A DNA stretch of 64,000 bases from an uncultured Nitrospirales bacterium (GTDB lineage Bacteria > Hydrogenedentota > Hydrogenedentia > Hydrogenedentales > SCBR16-9). Below, piece after piece: positions 63,341-64,000 of this stretch (position 1 is the stretch's first letter; each line of letters begins with the position of its first letter). Location of the stretch: NCBI GenBank assembly GCA_964537975.1, contig CAZIDP010000003.1, forward strand, positions 74,182 through 138,181, in the 5' to 3' direction. Below the pieces are notes generated by a model that did no database searches, was not told the DNA's origin, and saw only the letters and a list, made by a program, of their open reading frames with translations. Both the position numbers and the translations under genes were made by a program.

Positions 63341-64000
63341 TTACTTGCCAAACCAATCATTGGATGCTGTGGTAACACCACCCAATGCAAGAATTTGTTC
63401 TTTTGTATGCCCCGCGCCAATTAACGGCATAAAAATATCAGTCTTCAAATCAGGTATGTAAAAATCCAGGAACGATCCTTGTCCTGAGGCTGAATACCGA
63501 GATGCTCTTCCAGGAATCAACATAGCTTCACCAGATTTCATTTGAACAACATTTGTAGTCAGGTTCACAGCAAATAAACCATCAATACCTAATAAGATGT
63601 GAAACGATTCTCCCCTTGTAGTACGCGAATATGTACCATCGCCACTAACAAGTTCTGAGGCAAAATAGCGGCATGCGGCTTCTACAGAAACAGTAAACCC
63701 TTCATTATCATAAGAGAGTGGCAAATTGGGACCGCTGTGTGGTGTATCAAAACTGGTAACCTGCATTGCTTTGTCCAGATGTAACTCTCTCCTCTTTCCT
63801 GATGTGTCACATCTGTCCCAATCATATATACGGTAGGTAAGGTCACTGTTTTGTTGAATTTCAGCGATGATAAACCCTTTTCCGAGTGCATGTACGGTTC
63901 CAGCCGGTACAAAAACTGCTGTATGTTCTGGCGCTTTAAATCGGTTCATTATTGCATCGACCTGATTATGGTTTATTGCCGATGCAAAGGATTTCAGAGT
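63341..64000 (-). CDS. Class I mannose-6-phosphate isomerase, C-terminal part (5' end beyond window)
   Basis: Cupin-type PMI motifs are present: VPAGTVHA and YRIYDWDR. The reading frame continues upstream to the window edge. Confidence 0.6.
   Translation of the reverse strand, partial: TLKSFASAINHNQVDAIMNRFKAPEHTAVFVPAGTVHALGKGFIIAEIQQNSDLTYRIYDWDRCDTSGKRRELHLDKAMQVTSFDTPHSGPNLPLSYDNEGFTVSVEAACRYFASELVSGDGTYSRTTRGESFHILLGIDGLFAVNLTTNVVQMKSGEAMLIPGRASRYSASGQGSFLDFYIPDLKTDIFMPLIGAGHTKEQILALGGVTTASNDWFGK

Overview
This is a ~64 kb chromosomal window from an AT-rich bacterium, roughly 40-45% GC judged by eye; I did not compute composition. The gene content looks PVC-superphylum-like: a prepilin/DUF1559 protein, many signal-peptide hypotheticals, a PEP-CTERM-like tail protein and a giant LptD-like outer-membrane protein, alongside ZapA. 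Most of the window is housekeeping: folD (partial), ispH, a YdiJ-like FAD/Fe-S oxidoreductase, ubiB, pgsA, alr, a YacP/NYN protein, pheS-pheT-zapB-zapA, yggS, an ABC-2 transporter, a PAS hybrid histidine kinase, a cysK-metY-metXW sulfur amino-acid cluster, tRNA-Ala(CGC), an ECF sigma/anti-sigma pair and a partial class I mannose-6-P isomerase. An ArsR-controlled cluster (ArsP-like permease, two thioredoxin-fold proteins, CcdA/DsbD-like membrane protein) looks like an arsenical/thiol-redox resistance module. The centrepiece is a complete F1Fo ATP synthase operon on the minus strand, in the order atpZ-atpI-atpB-[fused c x4]-atpE-atpF'-atpF-atpH-atpA-atpG-atpD-atpC. The canonical c subunit carries the Na+-binding signature Q...ESTxxY. 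Immediately upstream is a single 327-aa ORF made of four tandem c-subunit hairpins (8 TM helices), of which only one retains the ion-binding carboxylate. This would give a heteromeric c-ring with a reduced ion/ATP ratio, in the manner of Acetobacterium woodii or V/A-type rings, but taken further within an F-type operon. Other items worth a second look: a ~325-bp GC-rich ORF-free island next to the tRNA, three tandem ~97-nt hairpin-bounded elements (two are paralogs sharing a 44-bp core), a ~150-bp nested inverted-repeat element with a G-rich loop, and a 1.2-kb AT-rich gene-free gap with repeated GTTTCAT palindromic motifs. Also notable are a MetX-MetW fusion and an orphan receiver-domain protein with an apparently non-canonical phospho-acceptor position at the end of the atp operon. 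No CRISPR array, IS element, integrase or obvious defence system was seen.
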